Assembly (NCBI GenBank): GCA_048887225.1
Contig: JBHLJY010000002.1
Location: 1 to 64,000 of the forward strand
Length of the DNA stretch: 64,000 nucleotides
Direction of reading: 5' to 3'
Source of the DNA: Candidatus Hodarchaeota archaeon
GTDB taxonomy: Archaea; Asgardarchaeota; Lokiarchaeia; Sigyniarchaeales; SOKP01
Both the position numbers and the translations under genes were made by a program. Positions 19,793 to 30,395 of this stretch are shown one piece after another (the first letter of the stretch is position 1; each line of letters begins with the position of its first letter). The notes below the pieces were generated by a model. The model did no database searches and had not been told where the DNA came from. It worked only from the letters and a program-made list of their open reading frames with translations.

Positions 19793-21232
19793 TTATTTAC
19801 TTTCGTTTTCTTCTTCTAAACAAGCTAATCTTTCACGACATCTTTGTAATTTTTCCTTATGTAATATACTAACTTTCCGTTTCATTTCCTTATAATCCTC
19901 ACATTTAGGATTATGAGGATATAACCATAAAAATATCATGCCAATTATAATGAAGATTGCTGGGATAAGCCCAATTAACAATTTTATACCAAATACAGCG
20001 CTTGCGGGTTGAGTTTCTCCAGGACTTAAATCTTGATTATAAAATGTGAAATAAAAAACTAAACCAGATATCGCAGCTGATACTGATTGAGCTGGTTTTG
20101 TAATTAGAGCATTAGTCCCAAAAAACATACCTTCCCTTCTGACTCCTGTTTCGAGTTCGTCTTCGTCAATAACATCAGCTAATAAAGTATAAACTAATAG
20201 TGTTTGTCCCGAAAATCCAAAACCTATGATTGCAAAGCAAATATTAGCCATTATTATATCGGTAGCAAATGTTACACACACCAGTCCAAAAACTACTAAC
20301 GACGATAATATAAAAACGGCTGTCTTATTCCCGCATTTTTTATTTAAAAAAAGTCCTAAAGGATAACCTATAATTGAAAAAACAATAAATAATATCAAGG
20401 GCATGCTAGCAAGAAGATCGTTTTCTGAAACGTTCAAAACGTCTTGTATATAGAATGGAAGATTTGAAAGAATGGCAGCAACGACATAAGTTATCATAAA
20501 ATTGAAAATAACAAAAGTTAAAAAAGCTTTATTTTTTAACGTCGTTTTAGTAGATTCCCATAACCCCAAATTCTCATTTTCATCCGGCAATAACTCAGGG
20601 CGTTCTTTAATTCCGAATGCTGTAAATGCTAAAAATGTTGCGCCCAAAATTGCTATTAATATTACAATACTTAAAAAAATTGGACGATTTTGACTATATG
20701 GTTGGACATTTTGAATAAACAAAATAGGAAGGGCATAAGATATGGCAATCGCGATTCCTCCACCTATCCCGGCAAATAAATTCAAAGCTGCTCTCTCTTC
20801 GGGCTCAATAGATAACTCGCTCATGAGAGAATTAAAACATAATCCTACAATCGTAAAAAAACTATCGTAAGCAATGAGCGTAATCAATAGCCATAGAAAA
20901 TAAACCCATTGTTCGCTTTCCGTAGGAGTAAAATATAATAAAATGAAACTCAAGGACAGTAAAGGGCTACAAACCATAATAAAAGGAATTCTTCGTCCAT
21001 GTTTTGTGTGAGTACGGTCAGATAAGTGTCCAAAAAGAGGATCATTAACAGCATTCCATGCGAAATATAAAATAAACGCAAGAGCCCACAATAAGGGTTC
21101 AATCTTTACAATCTTAATGTAATATGTTAAAGTCCACGCCCCGAATAATCCTGTTGTTAATTGGAGCCCAAAGGATCCTAATCCATAATTTATTTTAGTT
21201 TTTAAAGGGATGATATCTTTTTCGATTTCCAT
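19793..21232 (-). CDS. MFS glycoside-pentoside-hexuronide (GPH) symporter
   Basis: NDPLFGHLSDRT..GRRIPF, DVIDEDELETGVRREG; about 12 TM. Confidence 0.9.
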   Translation of the reverse strand: MEIEKDIIPLKTKINYGLGSFGLQLTTGLFGAWTLTYYIKIVKIEPLLWALAFILYFAWNAVNDPLFGHLSDRTHTKHGRRIPFIMVCSPLLSLSFILLYFTPTESEQWVYFLWLLITLIAYDSFFTIVGLCFNSLMSELSIEPEERAALNLFAGIGGGIAIAISYALPILFIQNVQPYSQNRPIFLSIVILIAILGATFLAFTAFGIKERPELLPDENENLGLWESTKTTLKNKAFLTFVIFNFMITYVVAAILSNLPFYIQDVLNVSENDLLASMPLILFIVFSIIGYPLGLFLNKKCGNKTAVFILSSLVVFGLVCVTFATDIIMANICFAIIGFGFSGQTLLVYTLLADVIDEDELETGVRREGMFFGTNALITKPAQSVSAAISGLVFYFTFYNQDLSPGETQPASAVFGIKLLIGLIPAIFIIIGMIFLWLYPHNPKCEDYKEMKRKVSILHKEKLQRCRERLACLEEENESK

Positions 21233-21736
21233 TATAATTATAGTATAAATTTAAGAATTAATAAAATAAATGAAAATTAATTGTTTTCAAAAATGACCAC
21301 AATAAATAGAACGCGTATCATTGAGATATCGTGAAAGAAATTCCGGGATTTTCTGTACATAGATCCTCAACCAAACAAATAAAAAATTAATATGATATAA
21401 CAATGCTCTAAAACTCAGCGACAAAATCATTTTTATCAAATAGCGTATCTTAAAATTGAGAGCTCAAAGGAGGCCAAAATTTAAAATTTATCACGTTATA
21501 TAATTCGAAAAATTATTAACCATTTCAGTTTATACATTATCATTCTAAACTCTCTTGGATTTATAGGGAAGTTACCAACTAGTGATCTACAACTGATTTA
21601 TTAATCCTCAGTTTTTGATTTTATCCAATGATCGGAATAAACTATTTAAAAATTTTTTTTTTATCTTTAAGGTTTTTTTTTGTCGACCATATTCGATTGA
21701 AGATAACATTCGGATTATTAATAACCAAACAATATA

Positions 21737-21824
21737 TTTATATATAAGAAATGCTAAATAAAATATAATTAAGTTGTAAAAACTTAATAAAAAAATATTA
21801 AAAAAATAAAATATTGGTGGAGGA
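21737..21824 (+). promoter_or_regulatory. Probable TATA box (TTTATATA, about 21737) and Shine-Dalgarno (GGTGGAGGA) of the histone gene
   Basis: Consensus-like archaeal TATA; purine-rich SD 8 nt before ATG 21833. Confidence 0.5.
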
Positions 21825-21832
21825 ATGTTAAA

Positions 21833-22039
21833 ATGGCCGCATTCGCATGGAGTCCTTTAAGGGCTCTAATGAAAAAAGCCGGAGCTGAAATCGTTAGTCG
21901 AGCCGCAGTAGATAAATTAATGGATTGGTTGGAAGAATATGCCAAGAATTTAACGACTTGTGCTCTTGACATTGCTAAACACTCCGGTAGAAAGAAAGTA
22001 ACACAAGCAGATATGAAGATCGCCATTGGTTTAGTATAA
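21833..22039 (+). CDS. Archaeal histone (HMf family)
   Basis: PLRALMKKAGAEIVSRAAV..AKHSGRKKVTQADM histone fold. Confidence 0.95.
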   Translation: MAAFAWSPLRALMKKAGAEIVSRAAVDKLMDWLEEYAKNLTTCALDIAKHSGRKKVTQADMKIAIGLV

Positions 22040-22209
22040 AACATTTTAAATCGGATTAATTGTTATATCCGATGGCGTTTTTCTATATTTAAAATTTTTT
22101 TTTCCTATTTTTATTCAAATTTTATATCTCCAATTTTATTAATTTTTGCCCAGATGGATCTAAAGAGAAATATCGCGATGTAGGTATTAAGCAGTAGTAG
22201 ATAAATACT

Positions 22210-23520
22210 TTATTTTGATATTCCAGGAATCCTTTCTTTCCGATAGTCTACCTTCGGAAGCCTATTAATGTTATACGGAAGTGTTGCATTATCAGGGATT
22301 GAATCGATATAAAAGTGGCGGAATTTCGAATTTTGCATCCTACAGAACATTGTTCTGTGATCGAAGGCAGGATGACGTACCATTCTCATCCAGATCTTCT
22401 TTAAGGGGTCAATACGAATGTTTCCAAAAGAAAGAGGGGTAAAATCGCAGGGTGCAACATCTCCATAAGCAGAAACATAATACTGAATATTTGCTGCTAG
22501 GCACCCCATACCTCCGAGATACGATTCCACAGAATTCTCAATCCACGGTGAGGAGGAAAGAGGAGGAACTTTCTTCTGTCTGAATATCTCAGCAGAAAAT
22601 TCATAAATTTCTTCACGCTGCTCTGGGGTAAGCATCTCACTTGTATCTTTCAAATTAGTGGCTGGTGGAACACAATCAAAAAGGATCAAATTCTTAGTAC
22701 CGAGTTCTTGTGCCATTTTATACATTTTCTTATACATTCCATTTATGGTAGCGGAGCGTGTTGCGTAAGAAGAGATCCCAACAAGTACTCCTTTTGATTT
22801 CATTTTCTGGAGTCCATTCATAGCAGACTCAAAAAGACCCGGCATCCCCCTTAAACTATTATGCTCCTTAGGAGATGGACTATCAATACTTACAAATAGA
22901 GAATAGAGACCTGCATCGACTAGTTTTTTTATATTTTCATTTGTGAGTAACAAACCATTTGTAAACATAATGGGTAAAGCCTTACGTTTATCCACATAAG
23001 AAATGAGTTCGAAAATGTCCTCCCGTAATAAGGGTTCTCCCCCTGTAAAAGCGATAATAGTCACACCTAGATCTTGACTCACATCTATGAGCTTTTTTGC
23101 CTCTTCTGTAGTGAGTTCTGATCTATCTTTTCTTAAATGCCTTCCAGCACTACAATGAACACATTTACACTGACATCTATAAGTCACTGCGAAGGTCATT
23201 GCGACAGGAAGAGGATAACCTATTAAATAGGATTTTATTAAATTTTTAAGCGCTCGAAACATAGGGTGACTTCCAACTGGGGGGGCAAACGTGTTTGAGA
23301 CTCTCTTCCCCTTCCATACTCCAAGATTAGTATAATTTTTATAAAACTTACTCTGATAATAAAGCATAGTGAATAAGCGCAATAAGCGTAGCTTTTCAAG
23401 AGGTGGGTTAAGAAGGCCTGTACCTAATAATTCACCATTCTCTAATCTCTTAAAGCTTATGAGATTTTTACCGAAGAGTTTCCAAAAAATTTGCTCTCTC
23501 TCCATTGATAGATCTCTCAT
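22210..23520 (-). CDS. Radical SAM protein with SPASM/twitch domain
   Basis: CQCKCVHC (CxxxCxxC), FTGGEPLLR, TNG, GC..YGDVAPC. Confidence 0.9.
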   Translation of the reverse strand: MRDLSMEREQIFWKLFGKNLISFKRLENGELLGTGLLNPPLEKLRLLRLFTMLYYQSKFYKNYTNLGVWKGKRVSNTFAPPVGSHPMFRALKNLIKSYLIGYPLPVAMTFAVTYRCQCKCVHCSAGRHLRKDRSELTTEEAKKLIDVSQDLGVTIIAFTGGEPLLREDIFELISYVDKRKALPIMFTNGLLLTNENIKKLVDAGLYSLFVSIDSPSPKEHNSLRGMPGLFESAMNGLQKMKSKGVLVGISSYATRSATINGMYKKMYKMAQELGTKNLILFDCVPPATNLKDTSEMLTPEQREEIYEFSAEIFRQKKVPPLSSSPWIENSVESYLGGMGCLAANIQYYVSAYGDVAPCDFTPLSFGNIRIDPLKKIWMRMVRHPAFDHRTMFCRMQNSKFRHFYIDSIPDNATLPYNINRLPKVDYRKERIPGISK

Positions 23521-23682
23521 TCTGATATATAATTTGTATAATTTAAATTATTTATATTTATATTGTTTTTAATGATAAATTATAAGATAAGATATCTTAT
23601 TCTTGGCTTTACTCTCTCATCGGGGCTATAATTTAATGAATTCTTTGCAAGGAATTGGAAATGATTAACCTATTTCCTTAAC

Positions 23683-25158
23683 TTAGTTCTTATTTAGGAT
23701 TTTAATTTTTCTTCCATAATTATATAGAGCTAAAAAAGATTTTGCTGCCCTTCGAATATCAGGATACACCATAAAACCATCTTTAATAAGTTTTTTAAAA
23801 TATTTGGTTCTAATTCTATCGGGATATTCGGGCATAATAATAACAAGAATTTTGTTTAAAGACTCAACATATTCTTTTATTTTTATTAAATTATCATATC
23901 TCCTTTTGGAGCGCTCGTCATTCTGACGATCTGCATCTTTATATATCATTACAAGATCTATGTCTTCTGCAATTGCAGCTTTACAAATATCAAGGTATTC
24001 TTTCGATGATGAGATCCAAGGTAAGTCTAATGGATTGGAAAGAGAACCGACCTTAAAATTGGGATGTGCTTTCAATAATTTTTCTTTCGTTTTACTCTTA
24101 AATATTGGCATGTCAAGTTCTAATTCTATTAAGCAATCAACATCTATTACACCCATCCCTCCAGACCAAGTAATTGTGAGAACTCTTTTTCCTTTTGGAT
24201 ATAGACTTATTTGTTCTTCTAACGATAAATTATTCTTTTTTTTGTAAAATTCGTAAAAAATGTATAAATAATCAATTAATTCATCTAAAGAGCTTCCAAC
24301 TTCAATAAGCGATGTTTGTTTATATACAGCTTGCCAAATTTTACTCTCTGTTCCCAAAGAGCCCGTGTGTGTTATCACTGCTGACTGACCTCGCTGAGTT
24401 TTGCCACCTCTTAAAAATAGAACGGGTTTTTTAATAGTTTTCAATAAATTAAATAATTTTCTTCCTTCTAAACTTTTATAGGGTGTGAAACCTTCGAAAT
24501 ATATACATATTATATTTGTTTCATCATCTTGGTTAAAATATTCCAAAAAATCTGAGATTTGTAGATTTACGCAATTGCCTACACTTACTCCCTTAGAAAA
24601 CCTGAGGTTATATCGAATAGCTCCATATCCTATTGTTCTCGAATGTAAATCACCAGAATGAAAAATTAATCCAATATTTCCACTTTCTGTTGGAAAAAAT
24701 GATAGATACGCGTTTTTTCCATTTGGACAATAGACTCCCATGCAATTTGGCCCGATTGCTCGAGTATTAATCTCTTTAGAATCTAAAATTTTTTTTATTT
24801 GATTTTCTATTTCTCTTCCTAATTCGTCAAATTCACCTGTTCCAGCTGTAAAAAAATGAATGAATTTTATTTCTTTTTGTTTTAAAATCTCATTTAAAGA
24901 TTGAATTAGATTTTCCCTTCTTATGGTAAAGATTAGAAGATCAATAGTATCTATTGGTAAATCTTTAATAGACTTATAGCATTTAATGCCAAATAATTCC
25001 TTTTCCGATGGATTAATTAAATATAAATTATTTAAATCAAATCCTTGGGTTTTAAATCCTTCCACAAAATAAGAAAATTTCTCTTTTGCTTCGAAAATAG
25101 CAACATTTCGAGGTTTAAAGAGAAAATCCAAATATTTAACTTTATTTTCATCCGTCAT
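23683..25158 (-). CDS. ADP-forming acyl-CoA synthetase alpha-like (CoA-binding) protein
   Basis: LFKPRNVA, IGPNCMG, VSVGN, THTGSL phospho-His, NPLDL. Confidence 0.85.
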   Translation of the reverse strand: MTDENKVKYLDFLFKPRNVAIFEAKEKFSYFVEGFKTQGFDLNNLYLINPSEKELFGIKCYKSIKDLPIDTIDLLIFTIRRENLIQSLNEILKQKEIKFIHFFTAGTGEFDELGREIENQIKKILDSKEINTRAIGPNCMGVYCPNGKNAYLSFFPTESGNIGLIFHSGDLHSRTIGYGAIRYNLRFSKGVSVGNCVNLQISDFLEYFNQDDETNIICIYFEGFTPYKSLEGRKLFNLLKTIKKPVLFLRGGKTQRGQSAVITHTGSLGTESKIWQAVYKQTSLIEVGSSLDELIDYLYIFYEFYKKKNNLSLEEQISLYPKGKRVLTITWSGGMGVIDVDCLIELELDMPIFKSKTKEKLLKAHPNFKVGSLSNPLDLPWISSSKEYLDICKAAIAEDIDLVMIYKDADRQNDERSKRRYDNLIKIKEYVESLNKILVIIMPEYPDRIRTKYFKKLIKDGFMVYPDIRRAAKSFLALYNYGRKIKILNKN

Positions 25159-25756
25159 TGCCGAGACCTTCTAATATTAGTTCTTTAGAACAGTTATAAC
25201 AATATTTAGGAATGGAATTATATTCAATTCCACAAAAGGGACACTTAATTTTATTTTCTTGTATAATGAGCTTTAGATCTTCAAATTTAGTTATATCTGA
25301 GGGTATTTTAATTTTTTTTAATATAAAAGTAAGTCCTAATGAAAATAACACGATAAATAGACCAAGGAAAAAAGTCTGAGTAAAAAGGGTTTGGAAATGC
25401 GAATAAAAATAATTTGGAGAATGTCTGTATAAAAACACGTAAAAAAAGAAATTTGGAAAGAAAAATGTTGTTAAATTCATAGAATAGGATTTTTTATAAT
25501 CGTCAAAATTAAAAATTGGAATCAAAGAAACAACCATCCATGATATACAAATAAAATATAGACTAGACATATCATTTAAGTCAAAAAAAATGTAATTTGC
25601 GATGAATTGAATAATAATCCTGCGTTCATCTGAAATATCTATATCAAAATTTATATTATATCTATAATCGAAGAGATATATTAATAAGCTTAAAATAAAA
25701 ATCTGAATAATAAAATTAATTATCTTATTCTTAAAGATTATTCCAAGTTTATCCAT
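25148..25756 (-). CDS. Membrane protein with C-terminal zinc ribbon
   Basis: About 4 hydrophobic segments; CPFCG..YCYNC; overlaps the start of the next gene. Confidence 0.7.
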   Translation of the reverse strand: MDKLGIIFKNKIINFIIQIFILSLLIYLFDYRYNINFDIDISDERRIIIQFIANYIFFDLNDMSSLYFICISWMVVSLIPIFNFDDYKKSYSMNLTTFFFPNFFFYVFLYRHSPNYFYSHFQTLFTQTFFLGLFIVLFSLGLTFILKKIKIPSDITKFEDLKLIIQENKIKCPFCGIEYNSIPKYCYNCSKELILEGLGNDG

Positions 25757-26039
25757 TATAAATTAATTAAATAACAAAAAATAAAAATAATTTTTCATTA
25801 ATTTATGCTTTATTATGCCCAAATTTCTAATTAATTAAAATAAAATCAACACGAAAACCAAAAATTTTTTATTTTTTTATGTATTAAGTAATATACAGTG
25901 GAAATTTTGTTAACTTATTCTTTCGTTGTTTATTATTTTAAAAGTATAAGAGAGAATTTTCTTCGATTGCGAGACATAGAATCGAATAGAGAAATAACTA
26001 ATAACAATTTATAATAATAATATAGGATGGTATTGGTTT

Positions 26040-29000
26040 ATGAGTTATACTTTTAGCCGAACTAAAATGATTGAGAAAATTAAGTTTGGCTTATTATCTC
26101 CAGATGAAATCCGTAAAATGTCTGCTGCGAGAATAATTACAGCAGATACTTATGATGAAGATGGACTACCTATTCCATCTGGCCTTATGGATCAGAGATT
26201 AGGTACTATTGAACCTGGTCAAAGATGTCAAACTTGTGGCAATCTTGTTTCTAATTGTATGGGGCATTTCGGACACATCGAACTTGCCCGCCCTGTTATT
26301 CATGTAGGCTATGCAAAAAAAGTTTTAAAAGTTCTAAGATCTATCTGTCCAGAATGTTCTAAATTAATGCTTTCAGAAGAGGATAAGACGCGATTTTGGG
26401 ATGAACAATTAAAACATCGAAAGATGTTTTTTGAGGGTGATGAAGATTTTACTAAACTTGTATTCAAAAAAGCGAGAAAAGCAAAAATTTGTCCTCACTG
26501 CAGTGCAACTAAGAAAAAAATAGTAATTGAAAAACCAACGACTTTTTACGAAGAGGAGGAAAATAAAGGTTCTCGGAGATTAACTCCTATTGAGATTCTA
26601 GAGCGCCTAAAAAAAATAAGCGACACAGATTTGAGGATATTAGGTATTTCACCAGAGAATGCTCGACTAGAATGGGTTATTTTTATTGTATTACCTATAC
26701 CTCCCGTATGCGCAAGACCTTCAATTACTTTAGATAGTGGAATTCGTTCCGAAGATGATTTAACTCATAAACTAGTCGATGTTATTCGGATTAATCAAAG
26801 ATTAAGAGAAAATATTGATGCTGGAGCTCCGCACTTAATAGTAGAAGATTTGTGGGAATTATTACAATATCACATTACTACTTATTTTGATAATCAAGTT
26901 TCAGGAATCCCACCTGCAAGACATCGTTCGGGCAGAGCGTTAAGAACCTTGACTCAAAGATTGAAAGGTAAAGAAGGAAGATTTAGAAGTAATCTAAGCG
27001 GGAAAAGAGTTGATTTTTCAGCAAGAAGCGTAATATCTCCTAATCCATATATAAGCATTAATGATGTCGGAGTTCCAAAAGACGTAGCAAAAATTTTAAC
27101 AATTCCAACTAATGTAAACGATTGGAATATTGAAGAAATGAAACAATTAATTTTGAATGGTCCTAATAGACATCCAGGGGCAAATTACATAATCAGGAAC
27201 GATCGTAGAAGAATCGATCTTCGCTATGTAAAAAATAGAAAATTAATTGCTGATATGATTGCACCGGGATTTACAGTTGAACGGCATTTAAACAATGGCG
27301 ATTTAGTTTTATTTAATCGCCAACCTTCTCTCCATAGAATGTCAATTATGGCGCACGAAGTAAAAATAATGGATGGAAAGACTTTTAGGCTAAATTTAAC
27401 AGTGTGCCCACCTTACAACGCTGATTTCGATGGTGATGAAATGAATTTACACGTTCCTCAAAGTGAAGAAGCTCGAACTGAGGCGGAAATGCTGCTCAAA
27501 GTTCAAGAACATATTTTATCTCCTCGATTTGGCGGACCTATATTAGGAGGTATTCAAGATTTTATTTCAAGCGTTTTTCAATTCACAAGCATAGATGCGA
27601 TGTTTAATAAAAAAGATACTTTGAAATTATTATATAAAGGAGGAATTTATGAAAGTAATCCTAATTTTACTATAGATCATTTAAAACCTGTAATAACAGA
27701 TCCTAAGCCGATGTATTCTGGCAAACAAATTTTTAGCACTCTATTCCCTAATGATTTAAACTTACGAGTAAGATCAAAGTTTTGTAAGAAATGTTATACA
27801 AAAGAAGGAGAAGAATGTCAGGAATTAAATTGTCCTTATGATGCTTATGTAATGATTAAAAATGGAGAATTAATATCAGGCACGATAGATGAAAATTCAT
27901 TTGGAGCAATGCAATCAAATAGTATTTTACAAAGAATAATAAAAGATCATGGTAACGCAAGAGGACGAGAGTTTCTAGATAATGCAACCAAAATGCTTCT
28001 CTACATAATACGCAAAAACGGAATGACTATGGGTTTAGATGAAGTTTATGTAAAAGGAGAAGCATTTGAAGCAATTCAAAATATCTTGAATGAAGCTAAT
28101 AAAAAATCTGACAGGTTGATAACAGCTTTTCATAATAATAATACAAAAATATTGAAAAGAGCTCCTGGGCGGACAATGAGAGAAACGCTAGAACTAAGAA
28201 TTAGACAAGTTTTGGCTGAAGCTCGTAAGAAAGCAGAGGAAATTGCAGCACATTATATTGGAGATGAAGCTCATTCTGTTATAATGACAAAATCTGGAGC
28301 TCGTGGAAACATTTTAAATTTAGGACAAATGTCTGCTGTAGTTGGACAACAGGCAATCAGAGGCGAAAGAATTAATCGAGGATATACGCAGAGAACACTG
28401 CCTCATTTTAAAATTAATGATCTTAGTCCCAAATCACGAGGATTTGTATCTTCTTCATATAGAAACGGATTAAAACCAGAAGAATTTTTCTTTCATGCAA
28501 TGGGGGGACGTGAAGGTTTAGTGGATACTGCAGTAAGGACTTCAACGAGTGGCTATATGCAACGGAGATTAGTTAATGCACTTCAAGACCTTGTTATTGA
28601 GAACGATGGTACTGTCCGGAATTCAGACAAAAATATTATTCAATATGATTTTGGAGATGATGGTATAGATCCAATGCACACTGATCATGGCAACGCTGTT
28701 AATTTGGATGTATTATTACTTAAAGCAAAATCGCTTGATGTCAATGAAATACAAGAAGAAATCAAGAAAATATCAGAGAAAAAGATTCCTATGAAAAAAG
28801 CTCCAAAGAAAAAGGCTGCTGCAAAAAAGGCTCCCGCGAAAAAAGTTCCAAAGAAAAAAACCCCTGTGGTAAAAGCTCCTGCGAAAAAGGTTCCTGCAAA
28901 AAAAGCTCCAAAGAAAAAGGTTCCAAAATCTGAAGATGAAGAAATTTTACAAGAGCAATACAAGAAAGATACTGGAAAAAATGCTATTTGGAGAGGAAAA

Positions 29001-29048
29001 TTAACGAAAGCATACAAAGAATGGAAAAAAGAAAAAATTGGTAAGTAG
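26040..29048 (+). CDS. rpoA1: RNA polymerase subunit A' (Rpo1N) with K/A/P-rich C-terminal extension
   Basis: NADFDGDEMN active site, GHFGHIEL, GGREGLVDTAVRT. Confidence 0.99.
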   Translation: MSYTFSRTKMIEKIKFGLLSPDEIRKMSAARIITADTYDEDGLPIPSGLMDQRLGTIEPGQRCQTCGNLVSNCMGHFGHIELARPVIHVGYAKKVLKVLRSICPECSKLMLSEEDKTRFWDEQLKHRKMFFEGDEDFTKLVFKKARKAKICPHCSATKKKIVIEKPTTFYEEEENKGSRRLTPIEILERLKKISDTDLRILGISPENARLEWVIFIVLPIPPVCARPSITLDSGIRSEDDLTHKLVDVIRINQRLRENIDAGAPHLIVEDLWELLQYHITTYFDNQVSGIPPARHRSGRALRTLTQRLKGKEGRFRSNLSGKRVDFSARSVISPNPYISINDVGVPKDVAKILTIPTNVNDWNIEEMKQLILNGPNRHPGANYIIRNDRRRIDLRYVKNRKLIADMIAPGFTVERHLNNGDLVLFNRQPSLHRMSIMAHEVKIMDGKTFRLNLTVCPPYNADFDGDEMNLHVPQSEEARTEAEMLLKVQEHILSPRFGGPILGGIQDFISSVFQFTSIDAMFNKKDTLKLLYKGGIYESNPNFTIDHLKPVITDPKPMYSGKQIFSTLFPNDLNLRVRSKFCKKCYTKEGEECQELNCPYDAYVMIKNGELISGTIDENSFGAMQSNSILQRIIKDHGNARGREFLDNATKMLLYIIRKNGMTMGLDEVYVKGEAFEAIQNILNEANKKSDRLITAFHNNNTKILKRAPGRTMRETLELRIRQVLAEARKKAEEIAAHYIGDEAHSVIMTKSGARGNILNLGQMSAVVGQQAIRGERINRGYTQRTLPHFKINDLSPKSRGFVSSSYRNGLKPEEFFFHAMGGREGLVDTAVRTSTSGYMQRRLVNALQDLVIENDGTVRNSDKNIIQYDFGDDGIDPMHTDHGNAVNLDVLLLKAKSLDVNEIQEEIKKISEKKIPMKKAPKKKAAAKKAPAKKVPKKKTPVVKAPAKKVPAKKAPKKKVPKSEDEEILQEQYKKDTGKNAIWRGKLTKAYKEWKKEKIGK
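28778..28927 (+). repeat. Degenerate 15-nt coding repeats (KK[AVT]P[AK] pentapeptides) in the Rpo1N tail
   Basis: KKIPM KKAPK KKAAA KKAPA KKVPK KKTPV VKAPA KKVPA KKAPK KKVPK. Confidence 0.9.
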
Positions 29049-29073
29049 CTAAAAAAATTGAGGTAGTTAAGAA

Positions 29074-30267
29074 ATGGTAAAAATCACTCCTAAAATTTTA
29101 GAAGAAAAATTGAAAGAATTACAAGATGATGGAATACCAGAAGATTTAATTGAAAAAATTAGAGAAAAAGTAAAAAGTGAAGATTTAGAGGAAGAACAGT
29201 TAGAATACTTATTAAATAAGATTTATATTAATTTTAATAACGCAATTGTAGAAACTTCAGAACCAGTTGGAACCGTAGCAGCACAATCAATTGGTGAACC
29301 TGGAACTCAAATGACATTGAGGACATTTCATTATGCAGGCGTAGAAGAATTTTCCGTAACTCAAGGACTTCCTCGCCTTATCGAGATTGTTGATGCTAGA
29401 CGTTTTCCCAGTACGCCACAAATGGAAATATTTTTAGAATCTGGTTTTAGTGAATCTGAAGAGACAGCAATAAAAGTACATAATCGTATTGAGCAAATTA
29501 GAATAGAACAAATTACTCACGACGTAGATTTAGATTTTGTTAATTGGAGCATAGTGATAAATTTAATACCTGAGATTTGTGAAAAGAAAGGAATAGATAT
29601 CGATGAAATTCCTGAAATTTTAAAACGCTACAAGAAGAAAGGCACAATTAAACGAGAAGGAAATTCAGTGATAATTGACCCTGGTATTGAAGATTTGCAA
29701 AGCCTTCAAAAAATGCGGGAGAAAATTTTGAAAAAAGTAGTTAAGGGGATTAGAGGTGTTAAAAGAGGCTTATTAACTCCATCCGATGATAATCTCGAAT
29801 GGGTAATTAAGACGGAAGGCACAAACCTTCAAGGAGTAGTTCAAATTGATGGTGTAGATGCGACCAGGACGGTTTCGAATCATATACATGAAGTTGAGAA
29901 ATTATATGGTATAGAAGCTGCACGAAATATGATTATTAAAGAATCTCAAAAAGTGCTAGAACAACAGGGTTTAGATGTAGATTTACGCCACCTTCTAATT
30001 TTATCGGATTTGATGTGTACAACTGGTACTATTCAATCGATTGGTAGACATGGCATTTCTGGTTCAAAATCGAGCGTATTTGCTCGAGCCGCGTTTGAGG
30101 TTACAGTAAATCAGTTACTCGATGCTGGGTTATATGGAGAAGAAGAAAGATTGCTTGGCATTCCAGAAAATGTCATAATTGGACAGGTATGTCCCATAGG
30201 AACTGGTCGCACTCAGATTATGTTCGATCTTGATGCTAACTTAGAGATATTAAAAAAGAAAAAATGA
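29074..30267 (+). CDS. rpoA2: RNA polymerase subunit A'' (Rpo1C)
   Basis: [30 protein letters not shown]. Confidence 0.99.
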   Translation: MVKITPKILEEKLKELQDDGIPEDLIEKIREKVKSEDLEEEQLEYLLNKIYINFNNAIVETSEPVGTVAAQSIGEPGTQMTLRTFHYAGVEEFSVTQGLPRLIEIVDARRFPSTPQMEIFLESGFSESEETAIKVHNRIEQIRIEQITHDVDLDFVNWSIVINLIPEICEKKGIDIDEIPEILKRYKKKGTIKREGNSVIIDPGIEDLQSLQKMREKILKKVVKGIRGVKRGLLTPSDDNLEWVIKTEGTNLQGVVQIDGVDATRTVSNHIHEVEKLYGIEAARNMIIKESQKVLEQQGLDVDLRHLLILSDLMCTTGTIQSIGRHGISGSKSSVFARAAFEVTVNQLLDAGLYGEEERLLGIPENVIIGQVCPIGTGRTQIMFDLDANLEILKKKK

Positions 30268-30395
30268 ATTTATTATAATTTTTATTCTATATTTAAAAAT
30301 TTAAAAAAAAAATCTTATAGCAGAAATTTACAAAAAAATTAAAAAAATTATATACTTTTGTTAATTAATTAATGTAATTAACAACTATTAATGGC

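Noticed and set aside
21240-21730. Long intergenic region as ncRNA, C/D sRNA or decayed gene
   Set aside because: Only short stop-riddled frames and weak inverted repeats; no convincing C/D boxes or recognisable homology.
28685-29017. Antisense ORF with FFAGA repeats
   Set aside because: Shadow of the Lys/Ala/Pro repeat in rpoA1.
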